A stretch of 28,728 bases of DNA from Saprospiraceae bacterium (GCA_020627865.1 JAHDGC010000006.1:1-28728), one strand, 5' to 3'. Positions 1 to 9,294 are shown, numbered from the stretch's first letter. Notes: generated from the sequence alone by a model not told the origin. Made by a program: numbers and translations.

Positions 1-2941
1 GGATACCTTTTGCGGCAGCATCAGAATGTCTTTCATAAACAAAAGCCCCCAAATCACCATCATAATAACGAAGACTTCCGTCAAAATGCGGATAAGAATG
101 GAAGCCGACCACATCAAAGTAAGCCCCACCTTTGAACGGGTAATTTCCCGTAACAGAACCATCATCGGGGTTGTCCGAATTCCGCAACACCGCATCCAGA
201 AAACTCGGGAAACCAATACCGGAAAAAGTAATCATAGCGTCGGGGTCTACATGTTTGATGACCTCGTAGCTGATCCTCAACAGGCGTACCATATGGAAAA
301 CAGGTGCCCTTAATTTATAGTGGCACGGATCGGGATTATTGTCCCACCAGTTGCCTGGTTCACCGGGTCGGAGCCATCCCCTTTCTCCGGTGTAATCAAA
401 GCCGGGTTCGTTCCAGATTTCCCAGAACTTGATATAATCTTTATAAATTAAAGCAGTTTTATACAGGTATAAAGCATAGTAATTTTCATCATTGACGGGT
501 GTTCCATTTTCGCCATTATCCCAAATGTCTGCATAGATGCCCTCGAAAAGTTCGGATTGATAGCTTTGGCAATAATAAATCGGTTCCTTATGTTCTTCGG
601 AAGGGAAACCTACAATTACTGTGTTATCTTCCAGTCCCAAATTTTGATAATGCTGGAAAGTTGGCAAGCGTAAAGAGTATCCCCAACGCTCTAGAAATTC
701 CTCCGGCAAGAAAGGGCGCAATGCCTTGATGCCTGCTCCTTTGATGTCTGTCATATTGTTACCTGCTGCCAAATCTGCTAAGTCTTCATCCCGCCATTGT
801 TGGCCATAAATGCCGAGGTTGCAACCGGGGCGGAAAGGTTCATCGTACGGTAAAATAAAATCGTTAGCAGTCATAGTCAGTGCGGGGTCAGCAGGCACTT
901 CTGCGGTGATGGTTTCGCTATAGCTCACGGTGCCACATTCATTACCAACCGTTAATGTCACCAAGTAGCTGCCACTGGCTCCGTATACATGCATCGGGTT
1001 GGCATCCGTACTGGTAAAGCCGTCCCCAAAATCCCATTGGAAAAACTGGATACTCGGGTCTGTAATGTTATTAAAAACGACAATCGGGCCTGAAATCGCA
1101 GGCGTAAAGCTAACCGTCGGTTCCATTTCGATGTTCATACTACCGGTTTGTGCCGTGATGATCTCGCCAGATGCATTCCGGATTTCTAGGCTGACTTCAA
1201 AATTGCCGGGGTTATTGTAAGTAACTGCAGGAGCAGGATTAGAAGATGCGGCCGGAGTTCCCCCCTCGAAGTGCCATGTATAACTTGCTGCTCCCGGAAA
1301 AGTATTGCTTTGGTAATCAATAGAGACAGGAGCACAACCTTCAGCGACGGAAGTTTCAAAAATTTGATCTGTTAGAAATATGGGTGCGCCTGTAAGTTGA
1401 ACCCCTTGCGCAGAGACCATTTCCGCATCGGCTGTTGTCGCAAAATCCCACTCTCTTTTCAATAAATTATTCAAACCTAAGGCTGCTGGAAAATTGTACA
1501 CCGCGCTGGCTTCTTCAGATTCATCAATGGTCGTTTTTGCCCAGAGGACATAGGTGTAGTTTTGGTATTCATCATGGAAAGCTGCCCCTTTAATGTTATC
1601 CGGTAACTGTAAGGCTGCCGTTCTGGCCGGATCGTAGTCTTTCCAGAAAAGCAAATCGGAAGTTGTTTTGTAGCCGATGCCTTCTTCTGTCGGTTCTTGG
1701 AAATAAAGATTGTTGTATTCCATTTTTTTATAAAGCCCCATGGACTCAAACTCATCTATCACTTCATCGTAATCCCGTTCTTCTGCCAATTTGTAAACAT
1801 GAAGTTGGAGAAAATTACTTTTAACCGATTCTATGTAAGCTTTGATCAAAAAATTTCGCTGTACTTCATTGCCACCGATGTATTCCTCAACGGGTTTTCT
1901 AGGAATATTACACTCCGTAACGATCCAATGTTTTTCCGGATAGGTATTGCCATCATAACCATAGTTGTCCAATACCGCTTGCAGATCATCCTGCACATTT
2001 CCAATACCATCAGCGGCTGCATCCGAGTGCCGGAAGTAATCAAAATCCATAATGTCATTGTTCCAAGCTTTCAGACTTCCGTCAAAATGTGGATAAGCAT
2101 GGAAACCGACCACATCAATATACGCACCACCCTTGTGCGGGTATTCTGTATTAACACTACCATCTGCTGGATTATCCGTATTTCTGAGAATAGCATCCAA
2201 AAAACTAGGGTAGCCCACACCGGATACGGTTACATAACCATTCGGGTCAATAGTATGGATAATTTCATAACTGATTCTGAGGGTTCGGATATAGTGGAAG
2301 ATGGGTGCTCTGAGTTTGTAGTCGCAGGGATCGGGATTGTTTTCCCACCAGTTGCCGGGTTGGCCGGGGTCTTGCCAGCCGTGTGCCCCCGAGTAATCAA
2401 AGCCCGGTTCATTCCAGATTTCCCAGAACTTGACATGATCCTTATAGTTGGACACCATTTTATACAGATATAAAGCAAAGTAGTTTTCATCGTTGACTGG
2501 CGTGCCATTTTCTCCATTGTCCCAGATGGGTGTATAGAGATTGGCAAACATTTCGGAACGGATACCGGAACAATAAAAGCTTGGATCTTGGTGGGATTCT
2601 TTTGGGAAACCGATAATTACGGTATTTTCTTCAAGTCCGATGTCTTCGTAATGGTCAAAGTTTCCTTCAAAAAAATCATAGCCATATTCTTCCATAAAAA
2701 ATTCGGAAAGGGAAGGTCGGAATGCCTTGACACCGACACCGGGGACATCGAGAGCTTCATTTCCGGCCGCAAGGTTGGCCAGTTCTAATTCGGAGAAGGG
2801 CGGGAAAAAGCCAACATTAGAGGATGGGCGAAATTTGCCCGTGTAGGGTAAAACGTAATCGTTGGCGGTTTGTGTAATTTGGCTTTTGAGGACTATACCC
2901 GTAGAGAGTACAATAAGAATTGTACAGATAAAATTGTTCAT
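1..2941 (-). CDS. Secreted multi-domain glycoside hydrolase, truncated in this window. Start at 2941. Signal peptide, GH clan-A-like domain 1, PKD, PKD, GH clan-A-like domain 2. The open frame continues past position 1.
   Basis: Hand translation of the minus strand gives one uninterrupted frame from the ATG at 2941 to the window edge. It begins MNNFICTILIVLSTGIVLKSQ (signal peptide). Each catalytic-like domain has a WEIWNEPGFDY motif, resembling the NEP acid/base motif of GH5-type hydrolases. Two PKD-like segments are present (YTWHFEGG...NPGNFEVSLEI and WDFGDGFTSTDANPMHVYGASGSYLVTLTV). The ORF track misses it because no stop codon lies within the window. The plus-strand ORFs 26..313 and 1697..2473 are antisense artefacts. 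Confidence 0.8.
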   Translation of the reverse strand, partial: MNNFICTILIVLSTGIVLKSQITQTANDYVLPYTGKFRPSSNVGFFPPFSELELANLAAGNEALDVPGVGVKAFRPSLSEFFMEEYGYDFFEGNFDHYEDIGLEENTVIIGFPKESHQDPSFYCSGIRSEMFANLYTPIWDNGENGTPVNDENYFALYLYKMVSNYKDHVKFWEIWNEPGFDYSGAHGWQDPGQPGNWWENNPDPCDYKLRAPIFHYIRTLRISYEIIHTIDPNGYVTVSGVGYPSFLDAILRNTDNPADGSVNTEYPHKGGAYIDVVGFHAYPHFDGSLKAWNNDIMDFDYFRHSDAAADGIGNVQDDLQAVLDNYGYDGNTYPEKHWIVTECNIPRKPVEEYIGGNEVQRNFLIKAYIESVKSNFLQLHVYKLAEERDYDEVIDEFESMGLYKKMEYNNLYFQEPTEEGIGYKTTSDLLFWKDYDPARTAALQLPDNIKGAAFHDEYQNYTYVLWAKTTIDESEEASAVYNFPAALGLNNLLKREWDFATTADAEMVSAQGVQLTGAPIFLTDQIFETSVAEGCAPVSIDYQSNTFPGAASYTWHFEGGTPAASSNPAPAVTYNNPGNFEVSLEIRNASGEIITAQTGSMNIEMEPTVSFTPAISGPIVVFNNITDPSIQFFQWDFGDGFTSTDANPMHVYGASGSYLVTLTVGNECGTVSYSETITAEVPADPALTMTANDFILPYDEPFRPGCNLGIYGQQWRDEDLADLAAGNNMTDIKGAGIKALRPFLPEEFLERWGYSLRLPTFQHYQNLGLEDNTVIVGFPSEEHKEPIYYCQSYQSELFEGIYADIWDNGENGTPVNDENYYALYLYKTALIYKDYIKFWEIWNEPGFDYTGERGWLRPGEPGNWWDNNPDPCHYKLRAPVFHMVRLLRISYEVIKHVDPDAMITFSGIGFPSFLDAVLRNSDNPDDGSVTGNYPFKGGAYFDVVGFHSYPHFDGSLRYYDGDLGAFVYERHSDAAAKGI

Positions 2942-3230
2942 GGAATCAGGTATTAAAATAGACTTTGTTACAAAGTCAGGTGTTAGCTGTTAGATATTTC
3001 AAATAATCAAGTTATTGTAAATGTCGTTGGGCTAGAGAAAACACTTGTTGTAGAAAGCACCGCAAAGGTACAAGAATAAAGGTAAATATAGATATAAATT
3101 ATTAACATATTACACTGCAAATTCAGGAAATCTATATTCGTGTAATTTATCAAGGGAGGAAAGCTAGGATTTTTAAGAAAAAATTGTTGTTTGCCAGACA
3201 CTTATGTGGTATTAATGTTTTAGATAAAAT

Positions 3231-3271
3231 AAAAATCGGGCAGCCGCAGAGGGCCGTCCCGATCTATTTTT
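3231..3271. terminator. GC-rich hairpin flanked by an A-run and a T-run: a bidirectional intrinsic terminator downstream of the flotillin gene.
   Basis: In aaaaatcgggcagccgcagagggccgtcccgatctatttttt, the stem atcggg/cccgat plus an inner GC pairing is followed by a T-tract on both strands. Confidence 0.5.
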
Positions 3272-3381
3272 TAACAAAACCTTTATTACCAGAAGGCATT
3301 ACTCAATAGATAACAAAAAGCATGCTAAATTGGTGGATTGTTGTTTTATTGTTTGCTTTCAATGAAGTTTAATTCTTTAAA

Positions 3382-4815
3382 TCACCCTTTATCTTCGCCG
3401 TTGGCGGTATCAGGCACTTCGATTTCTATAGGAATTTCAGCCTTTTCTTCGGTAGTTTTTCCAAGATATTGTGGCAAATCCATTCCGGCCATGTTGAACA
3501 AATCATTCAGTGGTGGGACAGACTTGTATAGTCCGGAAACAAACTTTGAGGTGGAGTTACCATCTTCGGGGTTGCCATTGCCACCTTCCCAAACGGTAAC
3601 TTTATCAATTTTGATATTCTTGATGGCTTCGACCTGTGTTTTAACCAGATCCTCCAGTTTATCCGCAATCAACATCAGGACAGCATCGCGAGAATCGCCT
3701 CCAGCAGCATCCACAATTTGCTTGAAACCTTCTGCTTGCCTGTTGAGGATTTCATACATCCCTTTCGCTTCGGCTTCTTTTTTCAAGAATATGGCATCGG
3801 CTTCTCCTTTGGCACTTCTACGTAATCTTTCCGCTTCCGCTTCTGCCTCAATTTCTATTTTGCGCTTTTCGATTTCTGCCTGCACAATGATATTGGCCTT
3901 TTGGGTGGCCATTTCCAGTTCGGCCCTCGCCAGTTCCGCTCTTTGTTCTGCAGCATAGGCTTCTTCAAGAGCATTTGCCTGCTGTACCTTTTCTGATGCC
4001 GTAGCGATACGCAATGCTTCCGCTTCTTTCTGGCGACGTTCCGCATTGGACTGTGCAATCTGAATCTGGGCGAGGTTTTCTCCGTCTATTGAGGTCGCCT
4101 GTGCATTAGCCTCCCCAATTTGGGCTTGTGCATTCGCTGCCGAAACTTGGATTCTTTGCTCCTTGGTTGCCTGTGCTTCCCCGATAGAACCATCCCGGTT
4201 TTTCTCGGCCACACTCATTTTGGCATCATTAATCGCTTTGGCTGCCGCCTCTTTTCCAAGTGCCTCGATATAACCGGATTCATCCTGAATATCGGTAACG
4301 TTTACGTTGATAAGTTGGAGGCCGATCTTACGGAGTTCTGCCCCCACGTTTGTGGAAACATTGGAAAGAAACTTATCTCTATCGGCATTAATTTCTTCAA
4401 TATCCATTGTCGCCACGACCAAACGCAGTTGCCCGAATATAATATCCTTGGCAATATTCATAATATCATTATTGGTTTTACCCAATAGTCGTTCCGCCGC
4501 ATTTTGCATGACACCTTCCGAGTTGGAGATGGCTACCGTAAATCTAGAGGGAACATTTACACGGATATTTTGCTTACTCAAGGCACCTTGCAAATCCACA
4601 TCAATGGATATTGGTGTCAAATCGAGGTATTCATAATCCTGTATAACTGGCCAGACGAATTCGGCACCTCCGGCCAGACACTTGGCCGAGCCAGAATTTG
4701 TCCGTCCGTAAATAACCAGCACTTTATCCGAAGGGCATCTTTTGTACCTTGATGCAAAAAAGAATAACATGAAGGATACCAATAATGCCAACGAAAATAA
4801 CAAGACCTGCTTCAA
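3382..4815 (-). CDS. Flotillin-like SPFH/band-7 protein (YqiK/FloT family).
   Basis: The 477-aa protein has an N-terminal transmembrane segment and an SPFH core (VIYGRTNSG...FVWPVIQDYEYLDL...RVNVPSRFTV). It continues into a long E/A/Q-rich coiled-coil with EA repeats, typical of bacterial flotillins. It sits directly downstream of an NfeD-like gene. Confidence 0.85.
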   Translation of the reverse strand: MKQVLLFSLALLVSFMLFFFASRYKRCPSDKVLVIYGRTNSGSAKCLAGGAEFVWPVIQDYEYLDLTPISIDVDLQGALSKQNIRVNVPSRFTVAISNSEGVMQNAAERLLGKTNNDIMNIAKDIIFGQLRLVVATMDIEEINADRDKFLSNVSTNVGAELRKIGLQLINVNVTDIQDESGYIEALGKEAAAKAINDAKMSVAEKNRDGSIGEAQATKEQRIQVSAANAQAQIGEANAQATSIDGENLAQIQIAQSNAERRQKEAEALRIATASEKVQQANALEEAYAAEQRAELARAELEMATQKANIIVQAEIEKRKIEIEAEAEAERLRRSAKGEADAIFLKKEAEAKGMYEILNRQAEGFKQIVDAAGGDSRDAVLMLIADKLEDLVKTQVEAIKNIKIDKVTVWEGGNGNPEDGNSTSKFVSGLYKSVPPLNDLFNMAGMDLPQYLGKTTEEKAEIPIEIEVPDTANGEDKG

Positions 4816-4979
4816 ACATATTCTTCGTTTTTTTTATGAGGTTAAACAATTAGAGATTTTTGCACTTTTTGTGATCCAGAGATTGACATGGCTGGCAATG
4901 ATATGTCGTTCCGATGGAACGCACAATATTATATTGTTCGGTATGAGCCGCAATATAGTGATCGGGACGCAATATATGA

Positions 4980-5007
4980 TTGAGACGCAATGCATTGCGT
5001 CTCTACA
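4980..5007. repeat. Perfect 22-bp palindrome gagacgcaatgcattgcgtctc (4982..5003) overlapping the stop codon of the NfeD-like gene. Copy 1 of a palindromic element family.
   Basis: The reverse complement of gagacgcaatg is cattgcgtctc. Related copies lie at 8406..8427 and 28612..28637. Confidence 0.8.
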
Positions 5008-5611
5008 GTAATTTTAAATCAACGGCGGGTTCTACAAGGATTAATTCATCGGATAATACTTCCACCACTTTTATTTTAGCACCTGTTGTTAAACTCTCTC
5101 CATTGGTAATGGCATCCAGTTCTCTCAAGGAACCATTGATGCTAATGTGTACTTTTCCTCTTCCTTTTTTATGAGGTGGAATGGTAAAATAAACCTCTCC
5201 GACATTATACAGCGCATCATTTACATCAACATTACCGGAAATACCCAATTGGGAAAATTTATACATTAAGTACCCGACAAGGAACATAGCCCCCAAGCCC
5301 GAAGCACTCGCAAAGGCAAGTGCGATTAGTCCCGTAGCACCAGCATTCAAGGCAAGCACACCTGCCCATCCGAAAAAGGTAAAAAAGGCAATGATGCTCC
5401 TTACGGAGAACACCGTAAAATCCGCATCAAAATCGTGTCCGACATCGGTATCCGTACTGATATCAATGTCGGTGTCCGTATCAAAATCAAAACCGATCAG
5501 GCTTAAGACGAACTGGATGACAAAGAGTACGCTAAAGACAATGGCTATCCCCCAGAAGATTTGTTCAATTCCGGTTAGTGTATTCCACCAATTTCCTAAA
5601 AATAGCAGCAT
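5003..5611 (-). CDS. NfeD/YqiJ-family membrane protein, the partner of flotillin.
   Basis: The 202-aa protein has N-terminal TM helices, an acidic DxD-rich loop (FDFDTDTDIDISTDTDV), a second membrane segment and a C-terminal OB-fold-like beta region (KGRGKVHISINGSLRELDAITNGESL..KIKVVEV). This is the usual NfeD architecture. It lies upstream of and is co-oriented with the flotillin gene. Confidence 0.75.
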   Translation of the reverse strand: MLLFLGNWWNTLTGIEQIFWGIAIVFSVLFVIQFVLSLIGFDFDTDTDIDISTDTDVGHDFDADFTVFSVRSIIAFFTFFGWAGVLALNAGATGLIALAFASASGLGAMFLVGYLMYKFSQLGISGNVDVNDALYNVGEVYFTIPPHKKGRGKVHISINGSLRELDAITNGESLTTGAKIKVVEVLSDELILVEPAVDLKLL

Positions 5612-6141
5612 GGGTCTTATTCTCTTATTTTTGTGAGTTTGAGATTAATTTTTCCTGCAAACATTCCAGATTTGCATCTCTGGCAACAACATGCCGTCCC
5701 GATGGGACTCTTTTCTTGTTTTTCTTACAATACACATTATTTTACCAATGTAGAAATCTTGTTGTTCACTTTAAAGATAAGCTTAAATCATAAAAACGGT
5801 TTATTTGTTCGACAAAAGGCAAGTATAATTCGCTAAAATGATTTTTTTGGAAAAGAAGTGAGGGATAAAATTGATATGTCAATGGAAATTTATACTTTGC
5901 TTAGGATAAAAATTATGGCTCTTGAAAAGCATTAGGTGTATGAGAAATGGTGCCGGTACGCTGTCTGCGTGACCCTGTCAGGCAGGCTCTAGAATTTATT
6001 CTTTTGCCTTTTTTCTACAAATGGGGTCGGAACCATGATTTTCTTGATTGGCGTGATTTACCTGATTTTTATCAAAGCATCAAAATTGCAAATATTATAA
6101 AAATGTCGGAAGCATTACGACGCTACATAAATTAAAAAACC

Positions 6142-7212
6142 ATGAGAAACCAAATCTTTCGTGTCAACAAACAGAACATCTATCAGATAGATCAAACAGA
6201 AACGGTATTGGCCGATTTACAAGCAGGAGAAATCCGCTTGAAAGTTGACAAATATGCTTTCACTTCCAATAATATTACCTATGCTGTTATTGGCCACCAG
6301 CTGCAATATTGGAATTTTTATCCGACCGAAGAACCTTTTGGGATTATACCGACTTGGGGTTATGCGGATGTCGTTGCCTCAAAACATCAGGACATCAAGG
6401 AAGGAGAACGGTTCTATGGTTATTTCCCGATGGCCACTTATTGTACCTTACAACCGGACAACATCAGTGCATTGGGATTCTCGGAGAACGCTGCACATCG
6501 CAGGGCATTGGCACCAGCCTACAACAACTATGCTCGTGTGGCAAGCCGTATCGAGCTTGAGGATTATGTTCCGATCTTCAGGCCTTTATTCGCTACTTCT
6601 TTTTTGATTTATCAATTGCTAAAAGAAAAGTATTTTACGGAAGTAGACCAAATCCTTTTGACGAGTGCTTCTTCCAAGACAAGCTTGGCACTGGCGGCTA
6701 TCCTTAAAAAGAATCAGGGAAAAGATGGGAAAAAAATTATGGGTTTGACTTCCTCCCGCAATCTTGATTTTGTGAAGACTGCATATTATCACGATGCGGT
6801 TTTTGCTTATGAAAATTACAAAGATATTTCACTAGAAAAAACAGTGATCGTAGACATTAGTGGCAATCACGAGTTATTGAAAAATCTATCTGTCCACCTG
6901 AACGACCAACTTGTTCACATTGTTTTGGTTGGATTGACAGATTGGAAATCAAGCAATATGGCCTCAAACCTCCCTAAATCGGAATTCTTCTTCGCTCCAA
7001 CGCAGTTTAAGATATTTCGCAAATTGCACGGTGCAGAAAAGGCCAGCGAAATATTAAATGAAGCCTTGATGGATTTTATCCAAGCGATAAAACAAATGAT
7101 GACATTGGAAAAGATAACCGACATGGAGCAATTGTCTAGATTATATTTAGAAATGGTGGATGGGAAAGTCGACCCTATGAAAGCATACTTGGTTAAAATT
7201 GTATCGAAATAA
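6142..7212 (+). CDS. Hypothetical protein, DUF2855-like (MDR / alcohol-dehydrogenase-like superfamily).
   Basis: The ORF is 356 aa with protein-like composition. The N-terminus (ADLQAGEIRLKVDKYAFTSNNITYAVIGHQ) is reminiscent of the GroES-like fold of MDR enzymes. The family assignment is from memory only. Confidence 0.5.
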   Translation: MRNQIFRVNKQNIYQIDQTETVLADLQAGEIRLKVDKYAFTSNNITYAVIGHQLQYWNFYPTEEPFGIIPTWGYADVVASKHQDIKEGERFYGYFPMATYCTLQPDNISALGFSENAAHRRALAPAYNNYARVASRIELEDYVPIFRPLFATSFLIYQLLKEKYFTEVDQILLTSASSKTSLALAAILKKNQGKDGKKIMGLTSSRNLDFVKTAYYHDAVFAYENYKDISLEKTVIVDISGNHELLKNLSVHLNDQLVHIVLVGLTDWKSSNMASNLPKSEFFFAPTQFKIFRKLHGAEKASEILNEALMDFIQAIKQMMTLEKITDMEQLSRLYLEMVDGKVDPMKAYLVKIVSK

Positions 7213-7384
7213 AAAAGGACGAATTGCAAAAAAGTCGTAAAACGACAAATAGACAATGTAGAACGGTGTAATCATTACAAACATATAGATTTTTTACAAA
7301 AATCATCCTGCTTTTATGCTGCCTCCTACTCCAAAACTTCTTACCTTTGCAGCCAAATCGACTAACAAACAATTATACTATCAA

Positions 7385-8320
7385 ATGGCTAAAGTAAAGC
7401 TCTTTTCGGGTACAAACTCTTCATACCTGGCGGAAAAAATTGCAGATCATTACGGATACCCTCTTGGAGACAAAACCTTGATGCACTTTAGTGACGGGGA
7501 GATGCAGCCTGTCATCAATGAATCTGTTCGGGGTTGTTATGTCTTTTTCATTCAATCTACTTTTGCTCCTGCCGATAACTTGATGGAGCTTTTATTAATG
7601 ATTGATAGCGCAAAAAGGGCATCAGCCGGTTACATTACTGCCGTAATTCCTTATTTTGGATATGCTCGGCAAGACCGGAAAGACAAACCCCGTGTGCCTA
7701 TATCTGCCAAGCTCATTGCTCGCATCTTGGAAGCTGCTGGCATTGATCGGATCATGACGATGGATTTTCATGCCGATCAGATACAGGGATTCTTTGATGT
7801 CCCCGTGGATCATCTGAAGAGTGAAGCTATTTTTATTCCTTACTTGAATAAAGTCGACTTGTCCAATGTCATTTTTGCCTCACCCGATGTTGGTGGTGTG
7901 AAAAGGGCTAGGGCTTACGCCAAATATTTTGAGCGGGATCTCGTCATTTGTGATAAATACCGAAAACGGGCGAATGAAGTTGCAGGTATGACCCTTATCG
8001 GAGATGTGAAAGATGCCGACGTTATTTTAGTGGATGATTTGGTGGATACTGCTGGGACACTTTGCCGCGCGGCTGACCTGATGATTGAAAAGGGCGCTAA
8101 AAGTGTTAGGGCTATTTGTACACATCCCGTTTTATCTGGTAAAGCACCTGAGAATATCAAAAATTCGAAGATCGAGGAAATTCTCGTATGTGATACCATT
8201 CCATTGCGGAAAAAATTTCCTAAAATAAAGGTATTGCCGACGGCCAAACTTTTCGCTAGGGCCATCCGCAACACACACGAGCATCGTTCTATATCCGCAC
8301 TTTTTGTGGAAAAATCGTGA
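7385..8320 (+). CDS. prs: Ribose-phosphate pyrophosphokinase (PRPP synthetase).
   Basis: MAKVKLFSGTNSSYLAEKIA...DGE...YFGYARQDRK...VILVDDLVDTAGTL is the classic Prs pattern, including the PRPP-binding DTAGT loop. I chose the internal ATG at 7385 (312 aa) over the 7316 ATG because 312 aa is the typical Prs length. Confidence 0.9.
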   Translation: MAKVKLFSGTNSSYLAEKIADHYGYPLGDKTLMHFSDGEMQPVINESVRGCYVFFIQSTFAPADNLMELLLMIDSAKRASAGYITAVIPYFGYARQDRKDKPRVPISAKLIARILEAAGIDRIMTMDFHADQIQGFFDVPVDHLKSEAIFIPYLNKVDLSNVIFASPDVGGVKRARAYAKYFERDLVICDKYRKRANEVAGMTLIGDVKDADVILVDDLVDTAGTLCRAADLMIEKGAKSVRAICTHPVLSGKAPENIKNSKIEEILVCDTIPLRKKFPKIKVLPTAKLFARAIRNTHEHRSISALFVEKS

Positions 8321-8322
8321 TC

Positions 8323-8430
8323 GTAGAGACGCATTGCATTTTGTGGAGACGCATTGCATTTTGTGGAGACGCATTACATTTTGTGGAGACGCATTACATT
8401 TTGTGGAGACGCATTGCAATGCGTCTCTAC
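8323..8430. repeat. Tandem array of a 20-bp unit gagacgcattgcattttgtg, about 4.5 copies, ending in the palindrome gagacgcattgcaatgcgtctc. It starts immediately after the prs stop codon.
   Basis: Copies start at 8326, 8346, 8366 and 8386, with a g/a variant in copies 3 and 4. The terminal partial copy completes the palindrome at 8406..8427, flanked by gtagagac...gtctctac. No spacers are present, so this is not CRISPR. Confidence 0.9.
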
Positions 8431-8526
8431 GGAACAAATTTTATTTTATTTTAGGTAAATAAAAAATAAAAGCCTATCTTTGTGCGCAATTTGTACAAAT
8501 AAGGAATATCCTTTAAATTTTATCAT

Positions 8527-9144
8527 ATGGAAAGCATTAATATTTCAGGAGAAATCAGAACAGATTTAGGAAAAAAAGCAGCGAAGCAAGATCGTCGTAA
8601 AGATATGACCCCCTGTGTTATATATGGAGGTGATAAAGTCGTTCATTTTTCTGCTCCAAAGAAAAGTTTCAAGCATTTAATATATACCAGAGATTTCAAA
8701 TTGGCAGAAATTGCTGTTGATGGACAAAGTTATAAATGTATCTTGAAAGATGCCCAATTCCATCCGGTAACAGATGAATTGCTACACATTGATTTTCTGA
8801 ATCTAATACCTGGAAAGACATTAAAGGCTAACATTCCAGTTAGATTTAAAGGTGCTTCCCCTGGTGTGAAAGTTGGTGGAAAGCTTGTTCAAAAACTAAG
8901 ATATATCAAAGTAAAGACAACGCCAGAAAAATTGGTAGATGAGTTATTATTTGATATTTCTGAACTGGAACTTGGAGGTTCTACGCGAGTTCGGGATCTG
9001 GAAGCTATCGACGGTATCGAAGTGATGAATTCACCTGGTATTCCTGTTGCTTCTGTTGAAATACCTCGTTCTCTTAAGAGTGCAGCAGCGGCATCAGATA
9101 AAGCAGCAGCAGGAGGAGCAGCAGCGACAGAAAAAGCATCCTAA
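8527..9144 (+). CDS. rplY: 50S ribosomal protein L25 / general stress protein Ctc.
   Basis: The 205-aa protein has the L25/Ctc fold signature (RKDMTPCVIYGG...LLHIDFL) and an Ala-rich C-terminal tail. The prs-rplY linkage is a common arrangement. Confidence 0.85.
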   Translation: MESINISGEIRTDLGKKAAKQDRRKDMTPCVIYGGDKVVHFSAPKKSFKHLIYTRDFKLAEIAVDGQSYKCILKDAQFHPVTDELLHIDFLNLIPGKTLKANIPVRFKGASPGVKVGGKLVQKLRYIKVKTTPEKLVDELLFDISELELGGSTRVRDLEAIDGIEVMNSPGIPVASVEIPRSLKSAAAASDKAAAGGAAATEKAS

Positions 9145-9294
9145 GATTAGAAAAAGTTTATTTTTTAAAATATTGAAGAAAGAGCCTGAACATTTGTTTG
9201 GGCTTTTTTTGTTTGTTATAATAAATTGTGATAAAGGGAAATTCTGCCCTCGCCCCTCTTTTCATCACGCATTTTATTTAAAATTAAAACCAAT

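Noticed and set aside
26-2473. Plus-strand ORFs 26..313, 499..729, 999..1220 and 1697..2473 (258 aa) in the first 3 kb.
   Set aside because: They are antisense to the continuous minus-strand glycoside hydrolase frame, which I translated by hand from the ATG at 2941 to the window edge. They have low-complexity, Ile/Thr-rich composition, and two of them (26..313 and part of 1697..2473) are copies of each other only because the sense gene contains an internal duplication.
3338-3958. Plus-strand 206-aa Ser/Ala-rich ORF.
   Set aside because: It is antisense to the flotillin coiled-coil (GAA/GCN repeats read backwards). The minus-strand SPFH gene is strongly supported.
5947-6135. 62-aa plus-strand ORF in the NfeD/DUF2855 divergent intergenic region.
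   Set aside because: It overlaps the repeated 30-nt element and the probable promoter region, and I recognise no motif. It is likely non-coding.
8323-8430. Repeat array considered as CRISPR.
   Set aside because: The 20-bp units abut directly with no spacers, and no cas genes are nearby. It is a tandem expansion of a palindromic element. ORFs 7915..8334 and 8132..8437 that read through it (MQCVSTKCNAS repeats) are translation artefacts.
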